A DNA stretch of 64,000 nucleotides from Dehalococcoidia bacterium (GCA_963666115.2 CAXXET010000006.1:448001-512000); one strand, 5' to 3'. Shown: positions 22,071-31,863, counted from the first letter of the stretch. Translations and numbers: made by a program. Notes: generated by a model from the letters alone, not told the origin.

Positions 22071-22880
22071 TTAGGCGTCTTTGATGGCGGCTTCGATCTT
22101 GTCTGTGATGTCGAGACCGTTTTGCAGGGGCTGATTGTTCGCGTCTCTTACCAGCCGGTCGTCGCCGATTTTGACCCTGCCGTTGGCGATTTGGCGTAAG
22201 GCTTCTACAAGGGTGTGAGGTTCACGGCGGAGGCCCTCCTCTCGGATTGTTGTGAAGAGGGGGTGGGATTCGCTGTGCGCGGCGCGGATATCGTCGATTG
22301 ATTGGCCTTGGATGCCTTGCCACAGCGTGTCGAATTCCGGCCCGCGGATTGGGAAGTGGCAATAGGCGATTACGGGCCCCTTGTCTACCTCTACCGTCGA
22401 TAGTTGCACCATGACGCCGGACTCGGTGGCGTCGTTCGCCATAAGCTCCCAGATGACGTCCTGCCATGCGCCTACGGGGCCACCGGGGAGGGCGGGGTGG
22501 AGGTTGAGGGCTGGAAACGCGCTGACGATGTCCTCGCTGACGATGAGCATGAGGCCGGCGAAGACAAGAGCATCGACGGGTCGGCCTTGAAGGATGGACA
22601 GCAGGTCGGCGTTGTAGCGGTCCCGCCAGGCAGGGTCGTTGTCGGGGCTGTGGCGGTAGTCGCGGAGGGAGTGGGAAATGGTGGTGAGGCCGTAGCTCTC
22701 CGCCTGTTCAAGGAACGCATCGCTGCCGTCCGCTTCGCCGCGCGCGCGAGTGCAAAGGACGTAGTCGATGGATGCGTTGAGCCCACCGTTGGAGATTGCG
22801 TGGTGCGCGGCGGCAAGGAGTCCCCGCGAGCCGGGGCCGCGTCCGGTGGATAGCCAGCCGAGGCGGAGGGATTTCGGCAT
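22071..22880 (-). CDS. purN: Phosphoribosylglycinamide formyltransferase (long Dehalococcoidia-style form)
   Basis: STGRG, LNLHPALP, GVMV...VD.GPV formyltransferase motifs. Confidence 0.8.
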   Translation of the reverse strand: MPKSLRLGWLSTGRGPGSRGLLAAAHHAISNGGLNASIDYVLCTRARGEADGSDAFLEQAESYGLTTISHSLRDYRHSPDNDPAWRDRYNADLLSILQGRPVDALVFAGLMLIVSEDIVSAFPALNLHPALPGGPVGAWQDVIWELMANDATESGVMVQLSTVEVDKGPVIAYCHFPIRGPEFDTLWQGIQGQSIDDIRAAHSESHPLFTTIREEGLRREPHTLVEALRQIANGRVKIGDDRLVRDANNQPLQNGLDITDKIEAAIKDA

Positions 22881-22885
22881 GTGGG

Positions 22886-23239
22886 CTAGAGGGTTAGTTC
22901 GAGATCTACCAGGCGCTGGCGTACAGGATCAACGGCAAGCCCCAATTCTTCGAGAGTTACGACCCCAACAAGCGGTTGGACGCCATCCTGCCCGAAGCAG
23001 ACGGCCACGACTTCGGCGTATCCGTTGACCTGAAGGACGGCCCGACCGACTTTGTAGTCGACCGTCTGACCGTTGGCGAGTCGGAAAGTCATTGTGCGGT
23101 GCGAAGTGACGCCAAGCTCACGCAGCATGGACTCCGGCATGAATGAATAGGTGGCCCCGGTGTCCACCATGGCTTCAACCTCTCTGGTCTGAGTGCCATC
23201 GAGGTTGGATACTTGAACGGTTACGTCTACTCTTCCCAT
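22886..23239 (-). CDS. Clan AA (retropepsin-like) aspartyl protease, 117 aa
   Basis: C-terminal part of track ORF 22886..24067; true start ATG 23239; AMVDTGAT active site, LVG..TLE.LGL.VDP. Confidence 0.85.
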   Translation of the reverse strand: MGRVDVTVQVSNLDGTQTREVEAMVDTGATYSFMPESMLRELGVTSHRTMTFRLANGQTVDYKVGRAVLQVNGYAEVVAVCFGQDGVQPLVGVVTLEELGLAVDPVRQRLVDLELTL

Positions 23240-23290
23240 AACGGTAGTATAGCGCGGGGAGCTTACGACAACATGGTGAGGGGGAGCGGG

Positions 23291-24457
23291 ATGGATGTTG
23301 CAGGACTGCGGTCGCAGATTCCGGCGTTGGCGGGGCAGGTTTGGATGAATACGGGTTGGTCTGGGCCGTCGCCGTTGTCGGTGGTGGAGGCCTTGAAGAG
23401 CCGCATCGACATGGAGGCGAAAGAGCCGCCGGCCAGCATGAGGGTGGTCGAGGAGGCGCGGGAGATCAAGGCGCAGGCCCTGCTGGCGGTGGGCAGGCTC
23501 ATGAACGCCGACCCGGAGGCCCTGATGCTGACGCGGAACACGACCGAGGGCCTGAACATCGTCATGAGCGGGCTGGATTGGCAGGCGGGAGACGAAATCG
23601 TCACGTGCAGCCTGGAGCATCCGTCCGTGCTGGCGCCCGCGTGGATGATTGGACTTCGGTACGGGGTCACGGTGCGGATTGTCGACCTGGACCCGCATGA
23701 TTCCGAAGAGATGATCCTGGAGAAGTTCCAGGCCGCCGTTAGCGCCAGGACCCGCCTCATCTTCATCAGCCATATCCAGTACTCGACGGGGCTTCGCATG
23801 CCCGCGCGCCAACTGGCGCGCATGGCCCACGAGAATGGCGCGGAGATACTGTTGGACGGGGCGCAGACGGGCGGGCATATCGAACTGGACATGGCCGCCG
23901 ACGACTATGACTATTATTCGATTCCAGGGCAGAAGTGGATGCTTGGGTTTGAGGGCACGGGGGCGCTGTACATTCGCAAGGAACTGCTGCCAAGCGTTCA
24001 TCCCGCGCACACGGGCGGGCGGGGCATGGAATCGCCGGTGACGGCGGACCACATCGTGCCGATTCATGACACGATGGATAAGTTCTACGGCGGATCGGGC
24101 AGTATTCCCTTGCAGGCGGCCTTCCTGGAGGCGACGCGCTTCATCGAAGAGATCAGCGTTGGGGCCATCGAGGCGCGCAACCTCCGGTTGGCGTCTCGCC
24201 TAAAGGCGCAGCTGCGAGAATCGCCCCGCGTCACGGTGCTGTCGCCCGAGGATGGGCCAATGGCGTCCGGGCTTGTGTCGTTCGCGGTCGAAGGCTGGGG
24301 GCCGGAGGCGCTTGACGATCACCTGTGGGAGAACAACAGGATCGTCATGCGGCACATCGACTATCCGGAGGGCGTGCGGGCCTCGCTGCACTTCTTCAAC
24401 ACGGAGGATGAGGTGGACCAACTGGCGGCGGCAGTTCGGGATTTGCCCTCGCCCTAA
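23291..24457 (+). CDS. PLP-dependent class V aminotransferase (cysteine desulfurase/IPN-epimerase-like)
   Basis: NTTEGLN, EHPS, DGAQ, GQKW (PLP Lys), RASLHFFN; start at ATG 23291 after GGGGAG. Confidence 0.88.
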   Translation: MDVAGLRSQIPALAGQVWMNTGWSGPSPLSVVEALKSRIDMEAKEPPASMRVVEEAREIKAQALLAVGRLMNADPEALMLTRNTTEGLNIVMSGLDWQAGDEIVTCSLEHPSVLAPAWMIGLRYGVTVRIVDLDPHDSEEMILEKFQAAVSARTRLIFISHIQYSTGLRMPARQLARMAHENGAEILLDGAQTGGHIELDMAADDYDYYSIPGQKWMLGFEGTGALYIRKELLPSVHPAHTGGRGMESPVTADHIVPIHDTMDKFYGGSGSIPLQAAFLEATRFIEEISVGAIEARNLRLASRLKAQLRESPRVTVLSPEDGPMASGLVSFAVEGWGPEALDDHLWENNRIVMRHIDYPEGVRASLHFFNTEDEVDQLAAAVRDLPSP

Positions 24458-24480
24458 CCCTCTCCCAGAAGGAGAGGGGA
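24446..24480. repeat. REP-like palindromic element (CCCTC.CCCTAACCCTCTCCC...GGAGAGGG type) between convergent genes
   Basis: CCCTCTCC-CAGAA-GGAGAGGG stem-loop preceded by CCCTCGCCCTAA. Confidence 0.6.
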
Positions 24481-25143
24481 TCAGCGGGTTAGCCCGATTT
24501 TGCGGGAGAGGACGGTCCAGCAGGCGGCGACGTGGATTAGGGGGCTGGCGCGCCGGCCGTGGATGGATGCGTGGCGGAGGGCGTCCATGAAATCCTCGCG
24601 GCCTTCAAAGGCGGGGACGTCCGTGTAGGCATTGCCGATTTCGTGGGCGGTGTGGGCGTCAGAGACGCCGACGGGCCTGATATTGTGCTGTGTCCTGTGC
24701 TCGCGGATGAACTCCACGCCGCGCATGATGTCTCTCTTGAGCGTTGTTCGCGCATTAAACGCCTCGATGGTGCCTACGTCCGGGAGGATGTCCATGAGGG
24801 CGGGCAGGGTGATGCGTGTGCGGCGAAACCGGTCGAATGGATGGGGAATCTGTACGATGCCGCCCTGATCCTTGATGTGCTTGACGGACTCTTTGGCGGA
24901 AAGTCCGCCGGGGATGTCCTCTTCAAGGAACAGGCCGATGATTTCGCCGTCCGTCGTCTTGAGCGTCGCGCCGATGATGACGGGAAACGGGGCGATTTCA
25001 CGGACGTCAAGCGCGCCTCGGATGGAATGGTCTGTGACGGCGATGATGTCGATGCCCTTGCGCTGGCAGGCGCGGATGAGGGATTCAGGGGTGAGGCGGG
25101 AGTCCGGAGAGACGCGGGTGTGGACGTGGAAGTCTGCTCTCAT
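24481..25143 (-). CDS. PHP-domain metallo-phosphoesterase
   Basis: DFHVHT, TDH, HPFD, E.FNAR, SDAH. Confidence 0.85.
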   Translation of the reverse strand: MRADFHVHTRVSPDSRLTPESLIRACQRKGIDIIAVTDHSIRGALDVREIAPFPVIIGATLKTTDGEIIGLFLEEDIPGGLSAKESVKHIKDQGGIVQIPHPFDRFRRTRITLPALMDILPDVGTIEAFNARTTLKRDIMRGVEFIREHRTQHNIRPVGVSDAHTAHEIGNAYTDVPAFEGREDFMDALRHASIHGRRASPLIHVAACWTVLSRKIGLTR

Positions 25144-25700
25144 TAAGCGCGTTCGACATAGTCGCCGGTGCGGGTGTCAACGACGACGGCGATGCCGTTC
25201 TCGACGAACATGGGGACGGTGATGACAAGGCCGGTCTCAAGCGTGGCGGGTTTCGTGCCGGCGTTGGCGGTGTCACCCTTGAACGCGGGGGGTGTTTCCA
25301 CGATTTTCAACGTGACGGTGGTGGGGAGTTCGACGCCGATCGGGGCGTCCTGGTAGAAGACCATGTCAAGGTTCATGTTCTCGGTCATGTAGGGCAGGGA
25401 GTCCTCGATCTGGTCGCGGTCGACGGGGAACTGCTCAAAGGACTCGGTGTCCATGAAGTGGTAGAGTCCGTCCTCGCTGTAGAGGAATTGGACGGAACGG
25501 GTCTCAAGGGTGGCGCGTGTAAACCGTTCACCGGCCTGGACTGTGCGCTCAATAGTATGGCCGCCCTTGATGTCGCGCAGCTTCATGCGCACCTGGGCAG
25601 AGCCGCGCCCGATCTTGAGGTGGTGAAAGTCAAGCAGCTGGTAGAGTGTGCCGCCGATCTCCATGGTGACGCCGCGGCGCAGGTCGCCCGTCTCAATCAT
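25143..25700 (-). CDS. efp: Elongation factor P
   Basis: Start ATG 25700 (MIETGDLRRG); KIGRGSAQVR loop, KPATLETG, VDTRTGDY. Confidence 0.96.
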   Translation of the reverse strand: MIETGDLRRGVTMEIGGTLYQLLDFHHLKIGRGSAQVRMKLRDIKGGHTIERTVQAGERFTRATLETRSVQFLYSEDGLYHFMDTESFEQFPVDRDQIEDSLPYMTENMNLDMVFYQDAPIGVELPTTVTLKIVETPPAFKGDTANAGTKPATLETGLVITVPMFVENGIAVVVDTRTGDYVERA

Positions 25701-25705
25701 TCCCG

Positions 25706-26794
25706 CTAGCTCCCGTTTCTCACGTCCAGCTTGGGCGCGGCGCTCAAGGCCCGGCAGCGCCCGTCCTGGAACTCGACAATGTCCTCGATGCGGACGCCGC
25801 CCCACCCGGAGATGTAGATGCCGGGCTCCACGGTGAAGGTCATTCCCTCTGTCAGGACATCCGGCGAGCGCTGCCCAAGACGCGGGAATTCGTGGACGGC
25901 AAGGCCGACGCCGTGGCCGAGCGAGTGGCCGAATTCCGGTCCGTGCCCGGCTTTCTCGATGATGTTCCGCGCGAGGGCGTCCGCCTGGTCGCCCGTCATG
26001 CCCTCTTCGATGGTGGCAATGGCGGTTTCCTGGGCGGTCAGGACAATGTCATAGATGCGGCGGAACTGGTCGTCGTGGTCTCCGATGCAGATGGTGCGGG
26101 TCATGTCCGCGTGGTAGCCGTCCACGCGCGCGCCGATGTCGATGACGATGGGAGCGCCGACAGTGATGGGCTCGTCTGAGGGACGGTGATGCGCCATCGC
26201 GCCGTTCGGGCCGGATGCGACGATCAGCTCGAATGCGATGCTCTCCGCGCCGCGGTTGCGCATGGCCATCTCGATGCGCCACGCGACGTCCTGCTCGGAC
26301 GCGCCCGGCTCCAGCCCGTCGCGCACTTCGACAAATGCCTCGTCGGTGATGCGGATGGCGGAGAGGAGAGCGTCACGCTCGGCGTCGTCCTTGATGGCGC
26401 GGATAGTCTCAATGGTGTCGTTGATGGGGACGAGCTCCTTGCCGGCCTCGCCGCAGAGTTCCGCGAGCCGCTTGTGCGTAGCGACGGTGACGTGGGACTC
26501 TTCAAAGCCGACGCGCTTCGCGTCGCCCATGGAGGCAAGCATCTCCTTGAACCACTCGCCGCCCGGACCGGCCATGTGAACGATCTGGTACTCCGGCGAC
26601 TGATTGCCGGCCTGCTGCGTGTAGCGGGAGTCCGTGGCGAGCAGGGCGTTTTCGGGAGTGATGAAGAGGGAGCCGGCGGAACCGCTGAATCCGCTCATGT
26701 AGCGGCGGTTCTCGGGCTGGGAGACCCACACGGCGTCGACGCCCGCGGGGTCCATCGCCTCTCGCAGCTTGGCAAGTCGATTTGTGGCGCTCAT
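25706..26794 (-). CDS. Xaa-Pro aminopeptidase/dipeptidase (M24)
   Basis: D.GA..DGYHADMTRT, HSLGHGVGL.VHE, TVEPGIY, GVRIED; aroQ-peptidase-efp synteny. Confidence 0.93.
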   Translation of the reverse strand: MSATNRLAKLREAMDPAGVDAVWVSQPENRRYMSGFSGSAGSLFITPENALLATDSRYTQQAGNQSPEYQIVHMAGPGGEWFKEMLASMGDAKRVGFEESHVTVATHKRLAELCGEAGKELVPINDTIETIRAIKDDAERDALLSAIRITDEAFVEVRDGLEPGASEQDVAWRIEMAMRNRGAESIAFELIVASGPNGAMAHHRPSDEPITVGAPIVIDIGARVDGYHADMTRTICIGDHDDQFRRIYDIVLTAQETAIATIEEGMTGDQADALARNIIEKAGHGPEFGHSLGHGVGLAVHEFPRLGQRSPDVLTEGMTFTVEPGIYISGWGGVRIEDIVEFQDGRCRALSAAPKLDVRNGS

Positions 26795-26802
26795 TGTTTC
26801 CT

Positions 26803-27243
26803 TCAGTCCTTGCTGATTTCGTCGATAAGATAGTCCAGCGCCCAGAGGTAGGCGCGCCAGCCGAAACCCGTCATCTGTCCGCGGGCGATAGGGGCGATGA
26901 CGCTGTGGCGCCGGAACTCCTCGCGGGCGTGAATGTTGGAGAGATGGACCTCCACGGTGGGCGCGCCGGCGTCCTGCAGGGCGTCACGGAGGCTGAGGCC
27001 GTAGTGAGTGAGCGCGCCGGGGTTGATGACGATGCCGTCGATGCCGTTGGGAATCTCGGCCTGGATAAAGTCGATGATTGCCCCCTCGGCGTTTGCCTGG
27101 AAGCAGACACATTCTGCGCCTCGCTCCTTCACGCGGTCGGCGAACGCCGCCTCGATCTCGGCGAGCGTGGTTGTGCCGTAGACGGCAGGGTCTCTGTGGC
27201 CTAACCGGTTCAGGTTCGGGCCGTTGATCAACGCTATTCTCAT
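26803..27243 (-). CDS. aroQ: Type II 3-dehydroquinate dehydratase
   Basis: NGPNLN.LG.R.P.VYG, INPGALTH, EVHLSNIHAREEFR; start at 27243 or 27252. Confidence 0.96.
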   Translation of the reverse strand: MRIALINGPNLNRLGHRDPAVYGTTTLAEIEAAFADRVKERGAECVCFQANAEGAIIDFIQAEIPNGIDGIVINPGALTHYGLSLRDALQDAGAPTVEVHLSNIHAREEFRRHSVIAPIARGQMTGFGWRAYLWALDYLIDEISKD

Positions 27244-27256
27244 TGCTGCCATTCTA

Positions 27257-28306
27257 TCAGTCGGAAACGGTCTTTCGTTGAGATTCCGTATCGTCATCGC
27301 GGTTCATGCCGGGGTGGGCGCGGGCGTAGGCCTGCGCCATCTGGGCCTGCGAGACGTGGGTGTAGATTTCCGTGGTGGCGACGGATGCGTGGCCGAGCAT
27401 CTCCTGCACGAGCCGCAGGTCTGCGCCGCCATCCAGCATATGCGTTGCGAATGAGTGGCGGAGGGTGTGCGGGTGGACATCCTCCGGCAGGTTCTCCGAG
27501 CGAGCCCACTTCTTGAGAGAAAGCTCGATGCCGCGCGTGGTCAGGCGTCCGCCGCGGCTGTTGAGGAAGACCGCGGCGCGCGTCCTGATGCCGCGGGCGA
27601 GCAACGGGCGGGCATCGTTGAGATACATCGTGAGGGCCTGCCGGCAGGGTTCTCCGAAGAGCGTCTCACGCTGCTTGGAGCGCTTGCCCCAAACGCGGGC
27701 GACGCGATTGCGGAGATCAAGCCCCGCCATGTCCAGCGAGGCGATTTCCGCGACACGCAGGCCGGCTCCGTAGGCGAGTTCCAGGACGGCATGGTCGCGC
27801 AGGGCGAGGGCGCGTTGGATGGCTGTTTTGACGTCTGCCGATGCAGGATCAATGCTCTCCGCGAATTGGAGAGGGGCATGGACGAGTCGCTCGGCGTCGC
27901 GTTCGGAGAGAAGGTCGGGCAGGCGGCGTCCGATCTTGGGCGAGGGAGTCTTGGTGATGGTCTCCGGGTTTTCGATGACGCCCTCGCGCGCGAGGAATCG
28001 CCAGAAGGAGCGGAGGGCGGAGAGGCGGCGAGAGATGGAGGAGCGGGCGGAGCCGTCCATCGTGAGGTCATAGACCCATCGCTGGGCAAGGTCGCGGGTG
28101 GCGTCCGGCAGCCGTTTGACGCCCTCCCCGGCCAGGAACTGGAGAAAGAGGCCAACGTCGGCCATGTAGTTGCGGAGGGTGTATTGGGATGCGCCGCGTT
28201 CGTATTCAAGGAACGCGGCAAAATCGTCAAGACGAATCGCCCAATCCTGGGGGATCGGGGAGTCGGGTGCGGGTTGGTCCGGGGCAGCCGCCTGCCTAAG
28301 TGCCAT
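27257..28306 (-). CDS. xerC: Chromosomal tyrosine recombinase XerC-like
   Basis: R-K-HxxR-H-Y catalytic set (GLRVAE, GK.SKQR, HTLRHSFATH, LGH, TEIYTH); dprA-topA-xer synteny. Confidence 0.85.
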   Translation of the reverse strand: MALRQAAAPDQPAPDSPIPQDWAIRLDDFAAFLEYERGASQYTLRNYMADVGLFLQFLAGEGVKRLPDATRDLAQRWVYDLTMDGSARSSISRRLSALRSFWRFLAREGVIENPETITKTPSPKIGRRLPDLLSERDAERLVHAPLQFAESIDPASADVKTAIQRALALRDHAVLELAYGAGLRVAEIASLDMAGLDLRNRVARVWGKRSKQRETLFGEPCRQALTMYLNDARPLLARGIRTRAAVFLNSRGGRLTTRGIELSLKKWARSENLPEDVHPHTLRHSFATHMLDGGADLRLVQEMLGHASVATTEIYTHVSQAQMAQAYARAHPGMNRDDDTESQRKTVSD

Positions 28307-28344
28307 ACCCCTATTTTAGACCAGGTTCAAAAGAGGGGGTGGTT

Positions 28345-30669
28345 CTAGACTTCTACTAGTTGGGGTTCCGGTTGGGGTTGTTCTGCGGTGAGTTCTTCGC
28401 GCGTGCCTTGCCAGCCGCATCCCTCCTTGTCATTGCAGACCGCGTTGGTTCGGCTTGCGGCCAGTACGAGTCCGCCGCAGTCCGGGCAGGGCTGCTGGAG
28501 CGGCTCCTGGTTGGTGAGGAAGTTGCAGTTGGGGTAGTTGGAGCAGCCGTAGAAGGGCCGGCGCGACTTGCGGGATGACCGCTGGACGAGTTCGCCGCCG
28601 CATTCCGGGCACGTCGCCCCGGTGCTCTTCTGCATCCGCTTCATGCCGCGGCACTCAGGGAACCGGGAGCAGGACAGGAACGGGCCGTAGCGTCCGCGCT
28701 TGATGACCATGTTCGCGCCGCACTCCGGGCACTCCTCATCCGTCTCCTCGTCGATGTTGCTGACGCGCTCGATGTTCGCCTGGGCGGTGTCGATCTTCTC
28801 ATTGAAGGGGCCGTAGAAATCCTTGAGGACGGGCACCCATTCCCGTTCGCCGCGCGCGACATCGTCAAGCTCCTCTTCAATGCGGGACGTGAAATCAAGG
28901 CTGACGATTTCAGGGAAATGCTGGGAGAGCAGCCCGGCCACGGCCGTGCCGAGCTTGAGGGGGCGGAACCGGTTTTCCGCCTTGTCGACGTAGCCGCGGT
29001 CCTGGATGGTGCTGAGGATGGCGGCGTAGGTGCTGGGGCGTCCGATGCCGCGCTCTTCCAGCGCCCTGATCAGGGTTGCCTCCGTAAAGCGGGGCGGGGG
29101 CTGGGTGAAACGCTGCGTCGGCACGACGGGGGGCGAACTCACCCGCGCATCCTGACCGTTCAGGCGAAGCGGCTGTCCATCCTGTAGATCGGGCAGCACG
29201 CGCCCCTCGTCGGATTCCGCGTCCGGCTCATCGAGGCCCTCGCGGTAGATTGCGAGATAGCCGGCAAAGGTCATGATGGACCCGCTGGCGCGGAGTGTAT
29301 GGCTGACGCCGGACGGCGCGCCGGAGGCCGTGATGTCCACCGTCGTCTGGTCGAATTTTGCGTCGGCCATCTGTGACGCCAGCGCGCGCTGCCAGATGAG
29401 CTGGTAGAGGTTGAACTGCTCGCGGCTCAGCGAACCCCGCAACGACTCCGGGTCGCGCATGAACGATGTGGGGCGGATGGCCTCATGGGCTTCCTGCGCG
29501 CCCTTGACGCGGCGCGAGAACGACCTGGGAGAGGCGGGCACGTGGTCCTTGCCGTAGCGATTGGCGATGACGCCCCTGGCCTCCTGCACGGCCTCGTTTG
29601 CCATGTTGGTGGAATCCGTTCGCATGTAGGTGATGAGGCCGATGGGGCCTTCGTTGCCGATGGGCAGGCCCTCATAGAGCTGCTGCGCGACGGTCATTGT
29701 GCGGCGGGCGGTGAACCGCAGCTTGCGGAACGCCTCCTGCTGGAGGGTGGACGTGATGAACGGGGGGCCGGGGCGGCGTGTTGTCTCGCGGCGCCGGACG
29801 GACGCAACCTCGTAGGAACTGTCATTCAGATCGGCGACAATCCTGTCCGCCATTTCCTGGTTCGGGATGGTGGTTGCGCGGCTTACGCCCAACTCCCCCC
29901 GGTATCGGGCAGAGAACTCTTCGGCCTCTACCGCCAGTGTTGCGAGATTCGCGTCGATTTCCCAGTACTCCTGCGGCACGAACGCTTCGATCTCAGCCTC
30001 GCGGTCGACGACAAGGCGGAGAGCGGCGGACTGCACGCGGCCTGCGGACAGCCCCTTGCGAACCTTGCTCCAGAGAACGGGGCTAAGCCGGTAGCCAACA
30101 AGGCGGTCGAGGACGCGCCGGGCCTGGTAAGCGTTGACAAGATCGACGTCGATGTCGCGGGGCTCGTCAAAGGCGCGGCGGACGGCGTTCTCTGTCACTT
30201 CATGGAAGACGACACGGCGCATCCGATCCTGGGGGATGCCGGCGGCCTCCATCAGATGCCATGAGATGGCCTCTCCCTCGCGGTCGGGGTCTGTTGCGAG
30301 ATAGACGGTGTCCGCTGCGTTCGCGGCGGCCTTGATGTCCTTGACGACGGCGGATTTGTCGCGGGGAACGACGTAGTCCGGGGCGAAATCGCGTTCGACG
30401 TCAATGGCCAGCTTGCTCTTGGGCAGGTCGCGGACGTGGCCCACGGAGGCAAGAACGTTGTAGCGGCTGCCCAGGATGCGAGAAAGCGTTCGGGCCTTGG
30501 CGGGCGACTCGACGATGACGACATCGCCGCCGGGGACGATGTTGGCGCTGGGCGCCCCGGTTGATCGTCGCGCCGTGGATGAACGCCCACCTGCGCGGCC
30601 ATTGCCGGCGGCAGTCGCCTTCTTCGTCCTGCGGGTCGTTGACGCCGGCTTCTTTCGATTCGTTGTCAT
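28345..30669 (-). CDS. topA: DNA topoisomerase I
   Basis: IVESPAKA, DPDREGEAI, ITYMRTDS, GIGRPSTY, C-terminal Zn ribbons. Confidence 0.98.
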   Translation of the reverse strand: MTTNRKKPASTTRRTKKATAAGNGRAGGRSSTARRSTGAPSANIVPGGDVVIVESPAKARTLSRILGSRYNVLASVGHVRDLPKSKLAIDVERDFAPDYVVPRDKSAVVKDIKAAANAADTVYLATDPDREGEAISWHLMEAAGIPQDRMRRVVFHEVTENAVRRAFDEPRDIDVDLVNAYQARRVLDRLVGYRLSPVLWSKVRKGLSAGRVQSAALRLVVDREAEIEAFVPQEYWEIDANLATLAVEAEEFSARYRGELGVSRATTIPNQEMADRIVADLNDSSYEVASVRRRETTRRPGPPFITSTLQQEAFRKLRFTARRTMTVAQQLYEGLPIGNEGPIGLITYMRTDSTNMANEAVQEARGVIANRYGKDHVPASPRSFSRRVKGAQEAHEAIRPTSFMRDPESLRGSLSREQFNLYQLIWQRALASQMADAKFDQTTVDITASGAPSGVSHTLRASGSIMTFAGYLAIYREGLDEPDAESDEGRVLPDLQDGQPLRLNGQDARVSSPPVVPTQRFTQPPPRFTEATLIRALEERGIGRPSTYAAILSTIQDRGYVDKAENRFRPLKLGTAVAGLLSQHFPEIVSLDFTSRIEEELDDVARGEREWVPVLKDFYGPFNEKIDTAQANIERVSNIDEETDEECPECGANMVIKRGRYGPFLSCSRFPECRGMKRMQKSTGATCPECGGELVQRSSRKSRRPFYGCSNYPNCNFLTNQEPLQQPCPDCGGLVLAASRTNAVCNDKEGCGWQGTREELTAEQPQPEPQLVEV

Positions 30670-30684
30670 TCCGTCATTGCCTCT

Positions 30685-31863
30685 TTAAGTGATCTGATTT
30701 TCGGCGGCCCTGGTTTCCGTCTCCTCTGCGCCATCGTTGTTGCCCCTGTGAGATTGGTATAGCGCATGAGCCTCTCGTGTCAAGACGTAGTGCATTCCGC
30801 CTACCTGCCGTACGAGATCGTTCAGTTCAAGCATTGTAAGGGTACTGGATACTTCCGGCATGGACATTCCGGACGCGCGGTAGATTTCGTCGATGTGGAC
30901 CGGGGACCGGCTGAGGACGCGGAGAACGGCGGCCTGTTCTTCGTCAACAGGCTCCGGCGTTGAGGGGAGGTTTAGCTGCCTGTTCTCCTGCGACATGCTC
31001 AGTTCCTGGAGGATGTCCTCCGCGTGGAGAGCCAGCTTGGCCTCGCCGCGCTGAATGAGTAAATTCGGCCCACGGCTTCTCTCCGCGAGCGCGCTTCCCG
31101 GCACGGCGAAGACTTCGCGATTCTGGTCGAGGGCCTGCCGTGCCGTGATCAATGCTCCGCTCTTCTCATTGCCCTCGACGACGAGCACCCCCAGGCTGAT
31201 GCCGCTCATGATGCGGTTGCGCCGCGGGAAATGCTCCGGCATGGGGGTGGTGCCGATTGGGTAATCGCTGATCAGCGCTCCGTTCTCCACGATCCGGCGC
31301 GATAGCCCAACGTTCCTGGACGGATAGATGATGTCGACTCCGCTGCCCAGCACGGCAATGGTGCGCGTCCCCGCCTTGAGAGCGGTATCGTGCGCCGTCG
31401 TATCGATGCCCCGCGCGAGGCCGCTGGCAATAGTCAGGCCGGCCGCCGCAAGGTCTCTGGTGAATTCACGCGTGACGGTGTGTCCATACGGAGTCGCGTC
31501 CCGCGTTCCCACGATGGCGAGTGAAAGCTCGTCATCGCCCTTGAGCGTTCCCTTCACGTAGATGACGGGAGGCATGTCATCGATCTGCCGCAGCCGCGAA
31601 GGATATTCCGCGTCATGCCACGTATAGGCAGTAACGTCGTGACGTTCCAGCCGTTCGAGTTCGTCCATGGGGTCGCCCTCGGCGCGCGCCGCGACGATTT
31701 CATCCACGACGCGCTCTCCAATGCCGGTGGCGAGGAGTTCCGCGTGGGATGCGCGCCAGGCGTGCTCCAGTTTTCCGAAGTGTGATTCGAGCGCCGCCAT
31801 TCGGACGCGGCCCACCCCGTTGACGCGCTGGAGCGCTATCCAATATGGGAGGTCGTCATTCAC
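30685..31863 (-). CDS. dprA: DNA-processing protein DprA
   Basis: AIVGTR, SGLARGID, FPRRNRIMSG, SGALITA, C-terminal winged helix. Confidence 0.96.
   Translation of the reverse strand: MNDDLPYWIALQRVNGVGRVRMAALESHFGKLEHAWRASHAELLATGIGERVVDEIVAARAEGDPMDELERLERHDVTAYTWHDAEYPSRLRQIDDMPPVIYVKGTLKGDDELSLAIVGTRDATPYGHTVTREFTRDLAAAGLTIASGLARGIDTTAHDTALKAGTRTIAVLGSGVDIIYPSRNVGLSRRIVENGALISDYPIGTTPMPEHFPRRNRIMSGISLGVLVVEGNEKSGALITARQALDQNREVFAVPGSALAERSRGPNLLIQRGEAKLALHAEDILQELSMSQENRQLNLPSTPEPVDEEQAAVLRVLSRSPVHIDEIYRASGMSMPEVSSTLTMLELNDLVRQVGGMHYVLTREAHALYQSHRGNNDGAEETETRAAENQIT

Noticed and set aside
22886-24067. 393-aa ORF antisense to the aminotransferase
   Set aside because: Only the last 117 aa form a real aspartyl protease; the rest is shadow ORF.
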